From Cetorhinus maximus (taxonomy: Eukaryota), in contig NC_135904.1 of the NCBI RefSeq assembly GCF_964194155.1, positions 11,656,001 to 11,720,000 of the forward strand: DNA of 64,000 nt, written 5' to 3'. Positions 50,046 through 61,965 of the stretch are shown piece by piece. The stretch's first letter is position 1. The number at the start of each line of letters is the position of its first letter. A program made the position numbers and the translations under genes. The notes under the pieces were generated by a model. The model ran no database searches. It saw nothing but the letters and a program-made list of their open reading frames with translations, and was not told the DNA's origin.

Positions 50046-51377
50046 GTCAATAACCATCATGCACCATCTTTTATGCAGAGCCACTGAAAACATTACATAC
50101 GTCCTCAGAGACACTCCAGTCATAGTATCGAACATTACAATTAGTCAGACATTCACACATCTTGTCAACAATATTGACAGTATGCTAATAAATCTTCATT
50201 AAGTAATACTTTGAGATGTTTCATTGCGCAAAGGGCACAAAACTAATACATGTTGTTGTTTTAAGAGTTTGCACCAGGGCCAAAGTGAAGCCATTTCCTC
50301 TCTTTCTGCAAAGTGGGTGAATGTGGGTGTTCAGGTATTGGTGGCTTACTACCTGGCACAGTGTCTAGCATCTCTTGTGCAGCCTGAGGATCCGGGCACC
50401 GTCTGTAGATGCTCCTCCTAGTCCAGGCACAGACTGATTCCTGTTGGATAGCCCACTGGTATCATGGTGGTGGTGGTTAGAAAAAGTAATTAAAGATCAC
50501 TAAAGCGTCAAACGGAAAAGAAAACAAAAAGTTTTTTTTTGAAAGAAATGGTTAAGAACTATCAAAGTATGCTTATTTTTATATTGATGTGTCCTTTTTA
50601 TGATCTCCAAATGTTTACCATTGCCTAGCAACCCTGGATGCTCATTTACAATAGGGATCCCTGACTCAGTTGCTGCAGACACTAATGTGATGGCCTGGCA
50701 TTCCCAAACTGATATTAAAATAAAATGAAGTGCCCACCTTTTATTAACTGGATGCAGTTGTCCAGGAGTGTGGCAAGGGGTCGGGAATCTGGCTGCTTCA
50801 ATATGGCTGGAAAATGTGGGCAGAAATGGAAGGAAAGCCCGGTTTTCCTCCTGAGTGATGCTAGGATTTTGCTGGTGGTTGGTGTCAAAATGCAGCTAGC
50901 TAGATGGTGAAGAATAGAAAATGGAGTTTAGTCTTTATTCACTCTCAAGATTTTGTTTACAGAGACACGCATCACATACCACACCTCTTTCAACTGGATC
51001 GTTTGTGTTTGTGTGATTTTTTAATTCATTTTTAAGGGATGCGGCTAGGCCAGTAGCTTTTATTGTCCATCCCTAATTGCTCTTGTTCAGAGGGCCTTTA
51101 AGAGTCAAGTGTTGTGGGTCTGGAGTCATATGTAGGCCAGAGCAGGTAAAGACGGCAGATTTCCTTCCCTAGATGGGAACCTGGTTTTTACGACAACCAA
51201 CAACGGTTTCGTGGTCAACATCAGACTTTTAATCCCAGATTTTTATTGAATTCAAATTTCACCATCTACCTTGGTGGGATTCAAACACAGGCCCCCAAAG
51301 CATTAATATAAAAACAGAAAATGCTGGAAAAACTCAGCAGGTCTGGCAGCATCTTCGGAGAGAGCAATAGAGTTAAC

Positions 51378-52675
51378 GGCCGGGATTTTCCGTGCCCACC
51401 AGCGTCGGGCATGTTCGGTGGCGTGAGCGGACAATATGGTGTGGTTCGGTTTCATGACGGCGTGAAACCAGTTTGCAATTGTCCACTCAGCCCGTCCATG
51501 GCAGGGCCACGTTTCCCGCCATCGGACATCGGGAACCTCATTGTAATACATCAGCATATCATTATTAGACCAGTCTGCCGGAATGGTCCCTTCCCCACCT
51601 ACCGCTGGATCGTCCGCCCACTTCAGCGGGAAGACACGTCAACGTGTTTCACAACAGCACATAAGCGACGTGCACCTGGTGGGCTGCACTTCACTTGGCA
51701 CTTCAAGGTTTGTTTGCCCACCTTGCTTCGGGCAGCACTCGCAGTCACCAGCACCAGGCTTCACAGGGAGCACCACATCACTTTTAGGGGAGCTCACGGC
51801 AGGTCTCTACCTACCAGATCAGCCAGATGTCGGTGGCTATTCAACAGCTGGAGGGCGAGGGCTTGCTTAGCGAAGGGGGAGTTGTGGCCTCAGGCAAGGG
51901 AGGAGGCTGCAAAGTGAGGACTGTACTGGGGAAGGGGAGGGGGGGGTATCCCAGGGTGTGCGTGGGGGTCACATGTTGACCTGTCAAGTGGCCTCAAGAT
52001 GGTGAGCGCTGAGGAGGCAGTCTCCAGAGGAGATGAGGCCAGATGGACATGTGAGGGTATGTGTGTGAGAATGGGTGGTGATGTCTCTTGAGCTGGCAAT
52101 GAGTGAGATGCTAGTGAATGCGTGATGGGCTTGAGTGTGTGAGTTTAGAGTGATGAGATGATTGCCATACCCTGGGTGCACGGATGAGGTAATTTATCCT
52201 CTATTAGCATTGGATGGCCAACTTCTTCTGTGCAGCATTAGCACTGATCACCACCTCCACCACCTCCCAAGCATGGTTGGTCATGCCCCTGCCCATCCTG
52301 CGGCCAGAGTGGGGATAGAGGACATCGCGACAGGGCCTCCTTGGCGTCCAAAAGGTGATCCAGTGGATGCGTCACTAAACCTGGGGGCTGCAGTCTTTTT
52401 GCCTTTCATGGACATCTTCCCTGCAGTAGTCCTGGGCCTGAAGCGTTAAGATGTGTGCGGCAGCTGCACTTTAAATATGGCGCCTGGCGTGGTGAAGCGG
52501 TGAGGTGATGCGGTGGCAGGTGAATGACAGCCCACCCGCCATGGAAACGGCATGTTTCCCAGGAATGCACAACTAATACGGTGGGTTTGGGACGAGACGG
52601 CGTGAAAATCGCCATTGCGGCCTTTTTATCCGCCCAGGACTGCAAACTTAGTGCAAATCTGGGGCGATTCCGCCC
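51378..52675 (-). mobile_element. Non-autonomous PIF/Harbinger DNA transposon with a Myb/SANT ORF remnant
   Basis: Ends GGCCGGGATT and ATTCCGCCC with a 3-bp duplication AAC (51375-51377 and 52676-52678). The internal minus-strand ORF remnant resembles Harbinger Myb-like proteins. Confidence 0.75.
52171..52409 (-). pseudogene. Harbinger Myb/SANT-like DNA-binding protein exon, frameshifted with stops
   Basis: MKGKKTAAPRFSDAS / LDHLLDA / RDVLYPHSGRRMGRGMTNHAWEVVEVVISANAAQKKLAIQC**RINYLIRAPR, ending at a GTATGG donor. Confidence 0.7.
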
Positions 52676-52695
52676 AACCTCTTGAGTCCGTATGA

Positions 52696-52833
52696 TGCTC
52701 TGAAGAATGGTGATACAGACTTGAAACGTTAACTCCGTTTCTCTCTCCACAGATGCTGCCAGACTGGCTGAGTTTTTCCAGTATTTTCTGTTTTTATTTC
52801 AGATTTCCAGCATCCGCAGTGTTTTGCTTTTAT
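52696..52833 (+). mobile_element. Penelope-like terminal repeat with hammerhead core, head-to-head with an inverted copy (51306-51377 plus 52679-52695)
   Basis: CTGAAGA(52700-52706)-ATGGTGATACAGACTT-GAAACGTT-AACT followed by the family tail. Confidence 0.7.
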
Positions 52834-52907
52834 CCCCAGAGCATTAGCCTGGGCCTCTGGAATACTAGTCCAGTGATGATACCACTGCACTACCGCCTCC
52901 CCAGACG

Positions 52908-52918
52908 TGTGTGTGTGA

Positions 52919-52942
<24 letters not shown>
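52908..52942 (+). repeat. (GT)n microsatellite
   Basis: Near-perfect GT run. Confidence 0.9.
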
Positions 52943-52949
<7 letters not shown>

Positions 52950-55900
52950 GGTACACAAGTGAATTCCCATTTAATCACCTGAATACAATTAATACCTAAT
53001 TGATATATAATTAATAGTTAGTGCTAAATTCTAGCAGGGCCCTGTCCAAGCACTTTCAGCGATACTGTATGAAGCTGCTGTCTGTTATCCAACGCTTCAG
53101 GCAGTTAATCACCAGCAGAGCTACTGAGAAACAAGAATCCAGGGTAAATGATACCTCTGGGTAAATACTTGAAGGGGAGAAACATAGGGCTTTGGGGAAA
53201 GGGCCGGGGAGTGGGATTAATTGGATAGCTCTTTCAGAAAGCTGGCTTTCTTCTGTGCTGTAAGACTCTATGGTTGATGCTTGATAAGATATCAGTTCTG
53301 AAAAATATAAATGTAAAATGTCTCATTCCATCTGGTTCAACGAAGAAGATTCTTTTAATGATATGATATAATGTTGACTGACATGACAACCAATTTAAAT
53401 ATAGAACAGCCATCGTAGCATGTGGTGTGAGTACATTTTCTGGACATCTTGTCTGTCTTTTTAACTATAGATGCATGAATGAGCAGTACACAATTAGCGC
53501 ACACAATGGATTGGCTGAATGACTCACTGTTACTTCTTTGTCCGCCTGTCTTTTGAAAAAGCTGATATCTATAGTAATGAGAATTGTAATCCTGAGAATG
53601 CCTGCAGTGATCTGGAAGATAAGATTGAGGGGATTTAAGATTTAGTTCCTTCTGGTAAAAACTGATTAATTTGTCCCTGTTAAAATATGGCTGAGCCCTG
53701 CTTTAACACATTTGCACATCCAGTTATAATCAGGTGGCCTTTAAGGAAGGAACAAAGTCCAAGGTTTAGCACTTCACACGCAGCACATCCCTGTCCAGGA
53801 AATAAAACACATGCATTGGGAAATTGGTGGGAGCTGTTCCACTCTCCTGGCATTATTCCATGGGAAGTGTAGTGAAAATCCTGCTAATGAGTGTGAAAGA
53901 AGTTTCCACCACACACATAGGGTGGAAGGGTCTGTGTGAAAAATGTCCAGACCTAGTAAATTGTACACAAACGCAACAGTTTGGCTCCCAGGAAGTCTTG
54001 CTGTTAACCAAAATGTCTGACCATAGTAGACTGATTATAACATGGAATATATAATCTCAAGTCTTGCGTGGATCTATAAAAAACTATATTAGCATAAGTC
54101 ACTCACCTGATAATATGAATTAACAGAAATTGTGTGTATAATTAACTTGGACATTCTTTGGCTTTAGTTACCAAACACTATTTCGGAACATTTATTAGTA
54201 TATCTGGTATAGTTAAAAATTATACTGGAAAAAGCTCTCAATTTTTCCATGATTATGTGTATGTCCACAATTAAGTGTAAACATGTCACATTGTAATGAT
54301 ATCCTCCCACCAGCAGAGGCACTGTAGCCTTATTTATCATAGGGAAAAACCCAGGTAAGGAACTAAGGCCGACAGTGAAAAAGACCACCACAATTGGAAA
54401 GAGAAAAAGACTGAAGTAAATGAGGATAATGCAAATAAAAGATTGGGTTTTGAAAGTCTGCACACCGTAGGGGAGAGGAAAAGAGGCAAGGAGTTCTATA
54501 GTTACGAGGTCCTTGAGTTAGGCTAGAAGATGGTGCAATGAGAATTAATTTCAACACAGCAAGCTTGCAGAGAGGAGGTAAATATATTTGGAGATTAGAG
54601 AGAAGAGAAATATCCAGAGGAGCACTGGCTATGATATATATACATACATATGATGAGAAAACTTGTGTTAAAATACATGGTCGAAGTCTTGAGATCTGGA
54701 GGTGAAAGGACTGCTTATTAGATGAGATGTATCTTCTTGTGACCCTGTCCAGCACTTTAAGAGAAATGCTAGAAAAAATGTATACAAGTGGCATATCGAT
54801 CTGCGCTGGATTTGGGCTAGATGGAGAGTTACAAATTGTTAAGATCTTCTGCTTGCCAGCACTTGTATGTTCATATGGTCAAATTATGGGTGGAAACCAG
54901 CAGCCTACCACCTGCTATGGGAGTCTCAATGCATCGTGCTCTGCCCCTGGCCCATCCCTCTGCCACCTTCCCCACCTTCAATGACACATCCTTTAGCCAC
55001 ACAGACCTACCTTAAAACTTAACCACTCAACCTCCCCTTTAATCACATCCCTAATTTTTCTCCCACTTTCAACATTGTGTTTTACAGTCTGCTTGTAAAT
55101 TGTACCGAGGTGCTTTAAGTAAAAGATGCTGTATAGTCGATAGGGTCGATAGAGAAAAATTACAACCTTTGGCAAGAGAGTCTTCATCAAGGGGGCATGA
55201 CCTTAAATTAGAGTTAGGCACTCCAGGGGTGATGTCAGGAAGCATTTCTTTGCACAAAGGGTAGTGAAAATCTAGAGCTGTCTCCCCCAAAAGTTGTTGA
55301 GGGTGGGATCAATTGAAAATTTTAAAACTGAGATTGTTAGATTTTTGTGATGCAAAGATATTAAGGGTCATGAAAAAAGATAGATGGATTTAAGTTACTG
55401 ATCAGTCATGATCTAATTGAATGGCAGAACAGGCTCAAGGGGCTGAATGGCCTCTTCCTGTTCCTATGCTCTTACACTCTTAGGATCACTTGTCTTCCCT
55501 GTAAAATCAATGCCATCAGGTCTTCCCTTATGTGACAGCAAAATGAAATGTTCCCGCCCCAAACAATATTAAATCATCTTTGCACTGACAATTTTTCACA
55601 CTCATGAATACAATGCTTATAAACTTCTAACTGGCTTGCCAAGATTGTTCTGCTCGGATCAACCTGAGATTATAACAATTTGGAATCTTTATATCCAATT
55701 AATTGTTCAATCAGCAACTTAGCTTAAAGAAAGAGGCAGAAAGTATTGAAAAATAAACGTACATCATCTAGAAAGGGGCAAAGTGCTTCTGTCTCTTGTT
55801 AAAGCTCGACAGCAGTTTCAACATATCGTGTAGACAGAGCACTGAAAACCAGAGCACTACCGGATGTTTCCATTGCACCCAGGGTCTCATGAGGGGGAGA

Positions 55901-56059
55901 CTTCAATAATCTTCAGGTGTTTCCTCTAGCAGGAAAACTTGAGAGTGGAGGCTACAAGGCCGCAGCCCAGGGGCTAAATTAGAGATCAGTATTCACGATG
56001 TCCTGGGAGTACGTCTGGCTTGTCAACTGGGAACTGTCAGTTGTATGATGGCAGAAAAG

Positions 56060-57750
56060 GAAGACTTGCATTTACATAATGTCTTTCACAATCATTAGAC
56101 GCCCCAAAGTTATTTATAGCCAATGAAGTACTTTTGAAGTGTATTCACTGTTGTAATGTAGGAAACAGGGCAGCCAATTTGCACATAGCAAGCTCCCACA
56201 AACAGCAATGAGTTAATGACCGCATCATCTGTTTTTGTGATGTTGATTGAGAGATAAATATTCATCCGGATACCGGGGAGAACTCTCCTGCTCTTTTTCA
56301 AAATGGTGCCATGGGATCTTTTACCTGCACTTTTTTTTGCAAAAATATACTTTACTCATAAAATATCTAAAAGAGCATTACAAAACATTTTAAAATGGTC
56401 ATTACAGAAAGTGCAATGATTCCAATGTTCTACGTAGATCATATTGCACTCTGAGGTGTTTTAATACAATTGTGATACATGTAATATTTACTGTATACAT
56501 TCAATGTGTGTCATACAGCCCGAGGGATTCTATACAATTTCTAGCCCCTTGGTGCACTCTGGCTGAAAGGCCTTAGACAGTGACCTTCCCCCATTGCACC
56601 TTTACAGCGGCTGCCCCAAGGTTTAGTGCATCCCTCAGCACCTAGTCCTGGACCTTGGAATGTGCCAGTCTGTAAAAATCGCTCTGCACTGGAGGTTTCT
56701 GACAGACCAAAGAGCATCTTTCACCGAGTTGATGATCCTCCAGCTGCAGCTAATGTTTATCTTGGCGTGTGCCCCTGGAAATAGCCTGGAGAGCACAGAA
56801 TCCTGTGTCACAGAACTGCTCAGGATGAACCTTGACAAAAACCACTGCATTTCTCTTACAGAGGAGATTCACCAGGATGTTGCCTGGGCTGGAGCATGTC
56901 ACCTATGAAGAGAGACTAGATAGGCTGGGGTTGTTTTCCTTAGAGCAGAGAAGGCTGAGGGGGGACCTGATAGAGGTATACAAAATTATGAGGGGCATAG
57001 GTAGGGTAGATAGGAAGAAACTTTTCCCCTTAGCGGAAGTGTCAGTAACCAGGGGGCATAGATTTAAGGTAAAGGGCAGGAGGTTTAGAGGGGATTTGGG
57101 GAAAAATGTTTTTACCCAGAGGGTGATTGAAATCTGGAACACACTGCCTGAGGGGATGGTACAGGCAGGAACCCTCACAACATTTAAGAAGTATTTAGAT
57201 GAGCACTTGAAACCCCACAGCACACAGGGCTACAGGCCAATTGCTTGAAAATGGGATTAGAATAGATAGGTGCTTGATGGCCAACATGGAGCCAATGGGC
57301 CGAAGGGCCTGTTTCTATGCTGTATAACTCTATGGTCTTTTTTGAAAAGGCACATTCCTGAAGGAGGTGGACAACATTCTCTTCCCAACAACAGCCACCT
57401 TGAGGGCAACGTGCGGAGCGGGTGAGACTCCGGGCATGCATGAAGGATCTGACGGTGAGGGCTTTTCTCACCACCAGCCAAGCTATGTCTCGGTGTCGAT
57501 TAGAACGTTCTGGCGATGAGGCATTCACCAAGTGACTTTGACAGTCTGCTCAGGGAACCATCCATCAGGATCCATCATCTCCCTTTCCAGCAGAGCCTCT
57601 AGGGCATTAAGTGCAGACCACTAGCTGATGGACTTGTGGTCAAAGTTGAGAGAACAGACGTTAACATTTCATCTGAAAGACAGGCTCCTCTGACAGAGCA
57701 GCACTCCCTCAGTACCACACTGAAGGCTTAGCCTAGATTTTGTGCTTTAT
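56060..57750 (-). mobile_element. Deu-SINE (56060-56330 and 57647-57750) interrupted by a Tx1/L1-like LINE 3' end (56331-57645), itself interrupted by a plus-strand CR1 (56858-57334)
   Basis: The SINE halves join across the insert and a poly(T) run sits at 56331. The zf-RVT-like motif is AWLVVRKALTVRSFMHARSLTRSARCPQGGC..ENVVHLLQECAF. The CR1 ORF reads QRRFTRMLPGLEHVTYEERLDRLGLFSLEQRRLRGDLIEVYK. Confidence 0.8.
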
Positions 57751-58464
57751 AAAGTTCCATAAATGTTAGTAACGGGGACATAATCGTGGACCAGTCTCAG
57801 AGAATGGCTCAAGTCGGTGAGTCTTCATCACATCCAGTTCCTCAAATGGAAAGTTTCACATTCTTTGTCCCACTGTGGGGCTGAGGTTTGCCTATCCATT
57901 CACAATCTCTACTTGCTGTTCGGGCATTTGCCGCTATGTGGCCCCCAAACACAAGGCGAAAAGAGCCCATCGGTTTGTGAGTCTGTGAGGCTCTGGACCG
58001 GACTTCGGCCTTGTCCAGAACTCTCAGAGAACCGAGGACTCCTGCAGCAAATCTTAAAATGACATTTCAGATCCCCTTTAATCTGATTATCCATTTCGCA
58101 TTAAAAGGCGGATTAAAGAGTGTGAACCCACATCCCATTCCCCGGGAATGGAGCTGCTGGAGTGGGAATTCTGTCCCGATTCCCGGGACATGGGCTCCCC
58201 GCTCTCACTCAGGATCGCTCGCTTAAGCTGCGCTTTGTTGGTGCTCAGTCCTTTTACAGAGGGAAGGTTGGGGGGGGGCGCCCCTGTCCAGAGAGAGAGA
58301 GAGAGAGAGAAGTTCACAACTTGTGGGGAAGAGAAGGTTTGATAACTGCTTGGGTGGGTGGGGGGGTGGGGGGGGGACAATAATGAGAAGAATTGCCGAG
58401 CTACTTGAATAATACTTCAACTCTGTAACAGTGTGACTGGGTGAGAGTGCTTGCTTGTGTTCAA

Positions 58465-59530
58465 GTCTGTTTTTGTATGTGTCTGTGTGTGTGTCTGAGT
58501 TTGTGTGTGTGTGTTTGTGTGTTTTGAATATTTGTGTCCCTGTGAGTGTGTCTGAGTATTTGTGTGTGTGTGTCTGAGTATTTGTGTGTGAGTGTGTCTG
58601 AGTATTTGTGTGTGTGTCTGAGTATTTGTGTGTCTGTGTTTTGAGTATTTGTGTCCCTGTGAGTGTGTCTGAGTATTTGTGTGTGTGTGTCTGAGTGTGT
58701 GTGTGTGTGTCTGAGTATTTGTGTGTGTGTGTGTCTGAGTATTTGTGTGTCTGTGTTTTGAGTATTTGTGTCCCTGTGAGTGTGTCTGAGTATTTGTGTG
58801 TGTGTGTCTGAGTGTGTGTGTGTGTGTCTGAGTATTTGTGTGTGTGTGTGTCTGAGTATTTGTGTGTCTGTGTGTCTGAGTGTGTGTGTGTGTGTCTGAG
58901 TATTTGTGTGTGTGTGTGTCTGAGTTTTTGTGTGTCTGTGTTTTGAGTATTTGTGTCCCTGTGAGTGTGTCTGAGTATTTGTGTATGTGTGTTTTGAGTA
59001 TTTGTGTCACTGTGAGTGTGTCTGAGTATTTGTGTGTGTGTGTTTTGAGTATTTGTGTCCCTGTGAGTGTGTCTGAGTATTTGTGTGTTTGTGTGTTTTG
59101 AGTATTTGTGTCCCTGTGAGTGTGTCTGAGTTTGTGTGTGTGTGTTTTGAGTATTTGTGTCCCTGTGTGTGTGTCTGAGTTTGTGTGTGTGTGTTCTGAG
59201 TATTTGTGTCCCTGTGAGTGTGTCTGAGTATTTGTGTGTGTGTGTTTTGAGTATTTGTGTCCCTGTGAGTGTGTCTGAGTATTTGTGTGTTTGTGTGTTT
59301 TGAGTATTTGTGTCCCTGTGAGTGTGTCTGAGTTTGTGTGTGTGTGTTTTGAGTATTTGTGTCCCTGTGAGTGTGTCTGAGTTTGTGTGTGTGTTTTTTG
59401 AGTATTTGTGTCCCTGTGTGTGTGTCTGAGTTTGTGTGTGTGTGTTTTGAGTATTTGTGTCCCTGTGAGTGTGTCTGAGTTTTTGTATGTGTGTGTGTGT
59501 GTCTGAGTATTTGTGTCCCTGTGTGTGTCT
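58465..59530 (+). repeat. Compound (TG)n-based minisatellite of about 1.06 kb
   Basis: Reiterated GAGTATTTGTGT, CCCTGTGAGTGTGTCT and (GT)n modules with higher-order periodicity. Confidence 0.95.
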
Positions 59531-59966
59531 GACTCTCAGTGTGTTGGTCTGTTTGTGCGAGTGTGTTTGAGAGGTTGTGCCTGTTCCCCTGTGAGAGAGG
59601 GGTGGGGGGGAGTAGGAGCTGTATGCAAATAGATGGAGCCGAAAGCAGCAGATGAGAGGGGGCAGCGCAGTGTTTGTGTGTGTGTGTGTGTGTGTGCGCT
59701 TGATGAACGCGCTATGTTGTCAGATCAGGGGCCGTCCCAACTCATGATTTCCCCCCCCCCCCCCGCCTCCCCAATTCACCAGCACACATCTCTGACAGAG
59801 AAAGAGACTCTGGGGTAGGATCAGTGCTCAGTGCTCGCCTCTGCCTCACTGTGAGAGCAGCCGGGATAGTTCTTTGCAGAGTTGTGACATGTTCCAGGAT
59901 CCCCAGCAGCATCGGGGTAAACTTTTTTTAAAATAATTTCGCGTCCAAAACAGCGAAGGCGGAAAG

Positions 59967-60093
59967 ATGCAGAGCCCGTGGAGCGGGAACACTGGTAGCT
60001 TTCTTCAGACTCTGACAACCTTTCTTGCCTTTGTGCTGACTGAAGGATTGACTGGAGTCCAGGGCAAGGAACAGAAGAGGTTCAGTGTACAAG
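59967..60093 (+). CDS. ADAMTS7: ADAMTS7 coding exon 1 (signal peptide, 127 nt)
   Basis: aagATGCAG...GTACAAG|gtatgt encodes MQSPWSGNTGSFLQTLTTFLAFVLTEGLTGVQGKEQKRFSVQ. Its phase-1 end fits the next exon, and there is an in-frame upstream stop at 59934. Confidence 0.8.
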
Positions 60094-60496
60094 GTATGTG
60101 CTTTGTTTCTGCTTCATGAACGCGCAGTAACTTCTACAAATGATATTTTTTTAAAAAATCCTACTTAACATTTGCGAATCGGTGAAAGTGCCTGAGGTGC
60201 AGTTTCTTTGTTTTGTTTTTTTTAAAAAGAGTTGCAACATTTGCGAGGTTTCTGCGCTGAATTTAAGACACGAGACCAAATATTTAGCCAAAAAAAAATC
60301 CCAGCCTCCCAGAAACAACACTCCGAACACATTGATGTACACACAAGACTGACAATGTGTGTTAATGTGTCATTGCAAAGGGATCAACTTTCTACCCTCC
60401 AAATCTTTTGATCTTCGTATTTTGCTTTTTAATAGATTGTTGGGTTTGGAGATTTGCATTTAGCAGCGAACAGATCCCACAGTTTGCAGCAGTTTT

Positions 60497-60566
60497 AGAA
60501 CTGATTGTTAAACCATTGAGAACTAATAGTTAAAGCATTGAGAACTGATAGTTAAAGCATTGAGAA
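60497..60566 (+). repeat. 22-bp tandem repeat (about 3 copies) in ADAMTS7 intron 1
   Basis: AGAACTGATTGTTAAACCATTG / AGAACTAATAGTTAAAGCATTG / AGAACTGATAGTTAAAGCATTG. Confidence 0.85.
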
Positions 60567-60657
60567 GTGTGTTTTCCAGTTTATCTGAGGTCAGGATGTA
60601 TTTTTTGTGGCCATGAGTGTATTTTTGTTTTTGACAGTGTATTTGTTTCCTTCTCAG

Positions 60658-61019
60658 GGCGCCCCCTCCAAACTCTGTCTCACCCTGAGCTGGTCCACCC
60701 GGTCAAAGTGGACCCCCTTGGCCGTTTCCTGTCTCACGATGTGTCCCACCAGGCGAGGCGGCTGCATCGCCGGGAGCTGCCGGCAGAGCGGGGCCCCGGC
60801 ACGGCTGTTCACTATAGACTCTCTCACAGAGGACGTCAGCTGCTCTTCAACTTGACGGTCAACCGAGCCCTCCTTGCCCCCGGCTCCGTGGCCGAGAGAC
60901 GCTATGGGGGCATGAAGGGGGCAGCCCTCAGCCGCCTGAAGCTCTCTGGCTGTCAGTTTGTAGGGAGGGTGGAAGCAGTGGAGACTGGGCTAGCGGCCAT
61001 CAGCACCTGTCACGGCCTG
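60658..61019 (+). CDS. ADAMTS7: ADAMTS7 coding exon 2 (M12B propeptide, 362 nt); gene continues beyond the right edge
   Basis: ttccttctcag|GG...CACGGCCTG|gtgagg encodes ELVHPVKVDPLGRFLSHDV...RRLHRR...LLFNLTVNRALLAPG...CQFVGRV...GLAAISTCHGL, typical of the ADAMTS7/12 prodomain. ADAMTS7 is preferred over ADAMTS12 because it neighbours MORF4L1. Confidence 0.88.
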
Positions 61020-61344
61020 GTGAGGACATCTGTAACTGTTATCATTCTAGGAATTAAGCTGCATTGAATTTCTCCGCCAGCCACCCAGATATTGCCCAGA
61101 ACAGTCAACATTTCCCCCGACAACTTGCACTGACTTTTTCTTTATCAGTCTCAGCATTTACTGGCAAGCCTGACGTTTATTGCCCATTTGCAGACAGGAA
61201 TCACATTTCAGGCCAGACCATAAACTCCATCCCCCCCACCCTATTCAACTCTGAGGAGTATTCCCAACCCCAGGTGCTCTCTCTCCCTCTCTCTCTCTCT
61301 CACACAATCTGCCTACTCCACCCTCTGTTACTTCATTCCCTTCG

Positions 61345-61965
61345 AACATAGAAAGATTTACATTACAGAAGGAGGCCATTCAGCCCATTGTGTCCATGCC
61401 AGCCCAAAAAAAAGACCTGCCAGTCTAATCCCACCTTCCAGCTCTCAGTCCGTAGCTCTACACGTTACACTGCCTCAAATGCAAATCCAAGTACTTTTAG
61501 AATATAACCCGAGTTTCTGCCTCTACCACCCTTTCAGGCATTGAGTTCCAGGCCCCTCTGGGTGAAAAGATTACCCCACAATGTCCCTCCAGTCTTTCTG
61601 CCAGTTGCTTTAAATCTCTGTCCTCTGGTTATTGATCTCTCTGCTAATGTAAATAGGTCATTTCTATCCATTCTATCTGGGCCATTCATAATTTTTATAC
61701 CTTACTTAAATATCCCCTCAGCCACCTCTGTTCTAAAGAAATAACCTCAGCCTATCTAACCTTTACTCATAGCTAAAATTCACCATTTCGAACAACATAG
61801 AGTCATTACAGTACAGAAGGAAGCCATTCAGCCCACTGAGTCCATTCTGGCTCTCGATAGTGCAATTCAGCCAGTCTCATTCTCCCACTCTATTCCTGTA
61901 GCCCAAAAAAGCCTTTGAAAATCTCTTCTGTTCCCTCTCTAGTGCAATCATACCCTTCCTTAATG
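61345..61965 (-). mobile_element. CR1 3' fragments
   Basis: CR1 3' ORF and UTR motifs (AAATCTCTGTCCTCTGGTTATTGA; GGCCATTCAGCCCA). Confidence 0.75.

Larger units (their letters stand above)
51025..52901 (-). mobile_element. tRNA-derived SINE (pieces 51025-51305 and 52834-52901) hosting nested insertions
   Basis: The SINE head at 52847-52901 continues seamlessly into 51292 and leftward once the insert and one copy of CCCC(A)RAGCATTA are removed. Confidence 0.75.

Noticed and set aside
51321-51917. 198-aa plus-strand ORF
   Set aside because: It spans a repeat junction into the GC-rich Harbinger interior and has no recognisable domain.
58417-59101. Long Thr/His/Gln-rich and Val/Cys-rich ORFs
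   Set aside because: These are translations of the (TG)n minisatellite, not genes.
60497-60566. CRISPR-like repeat array
   Set aside because: Head-to-tail 22-bp tandem copies without unique spacers, in a vertebrate intron.
60567-61067. 166-aa ORF as a stand-alone gene
   Set aside because: Only 60658-61019 is exonic (ADAMTS7 exon 2); the flanks are intronic read-through.
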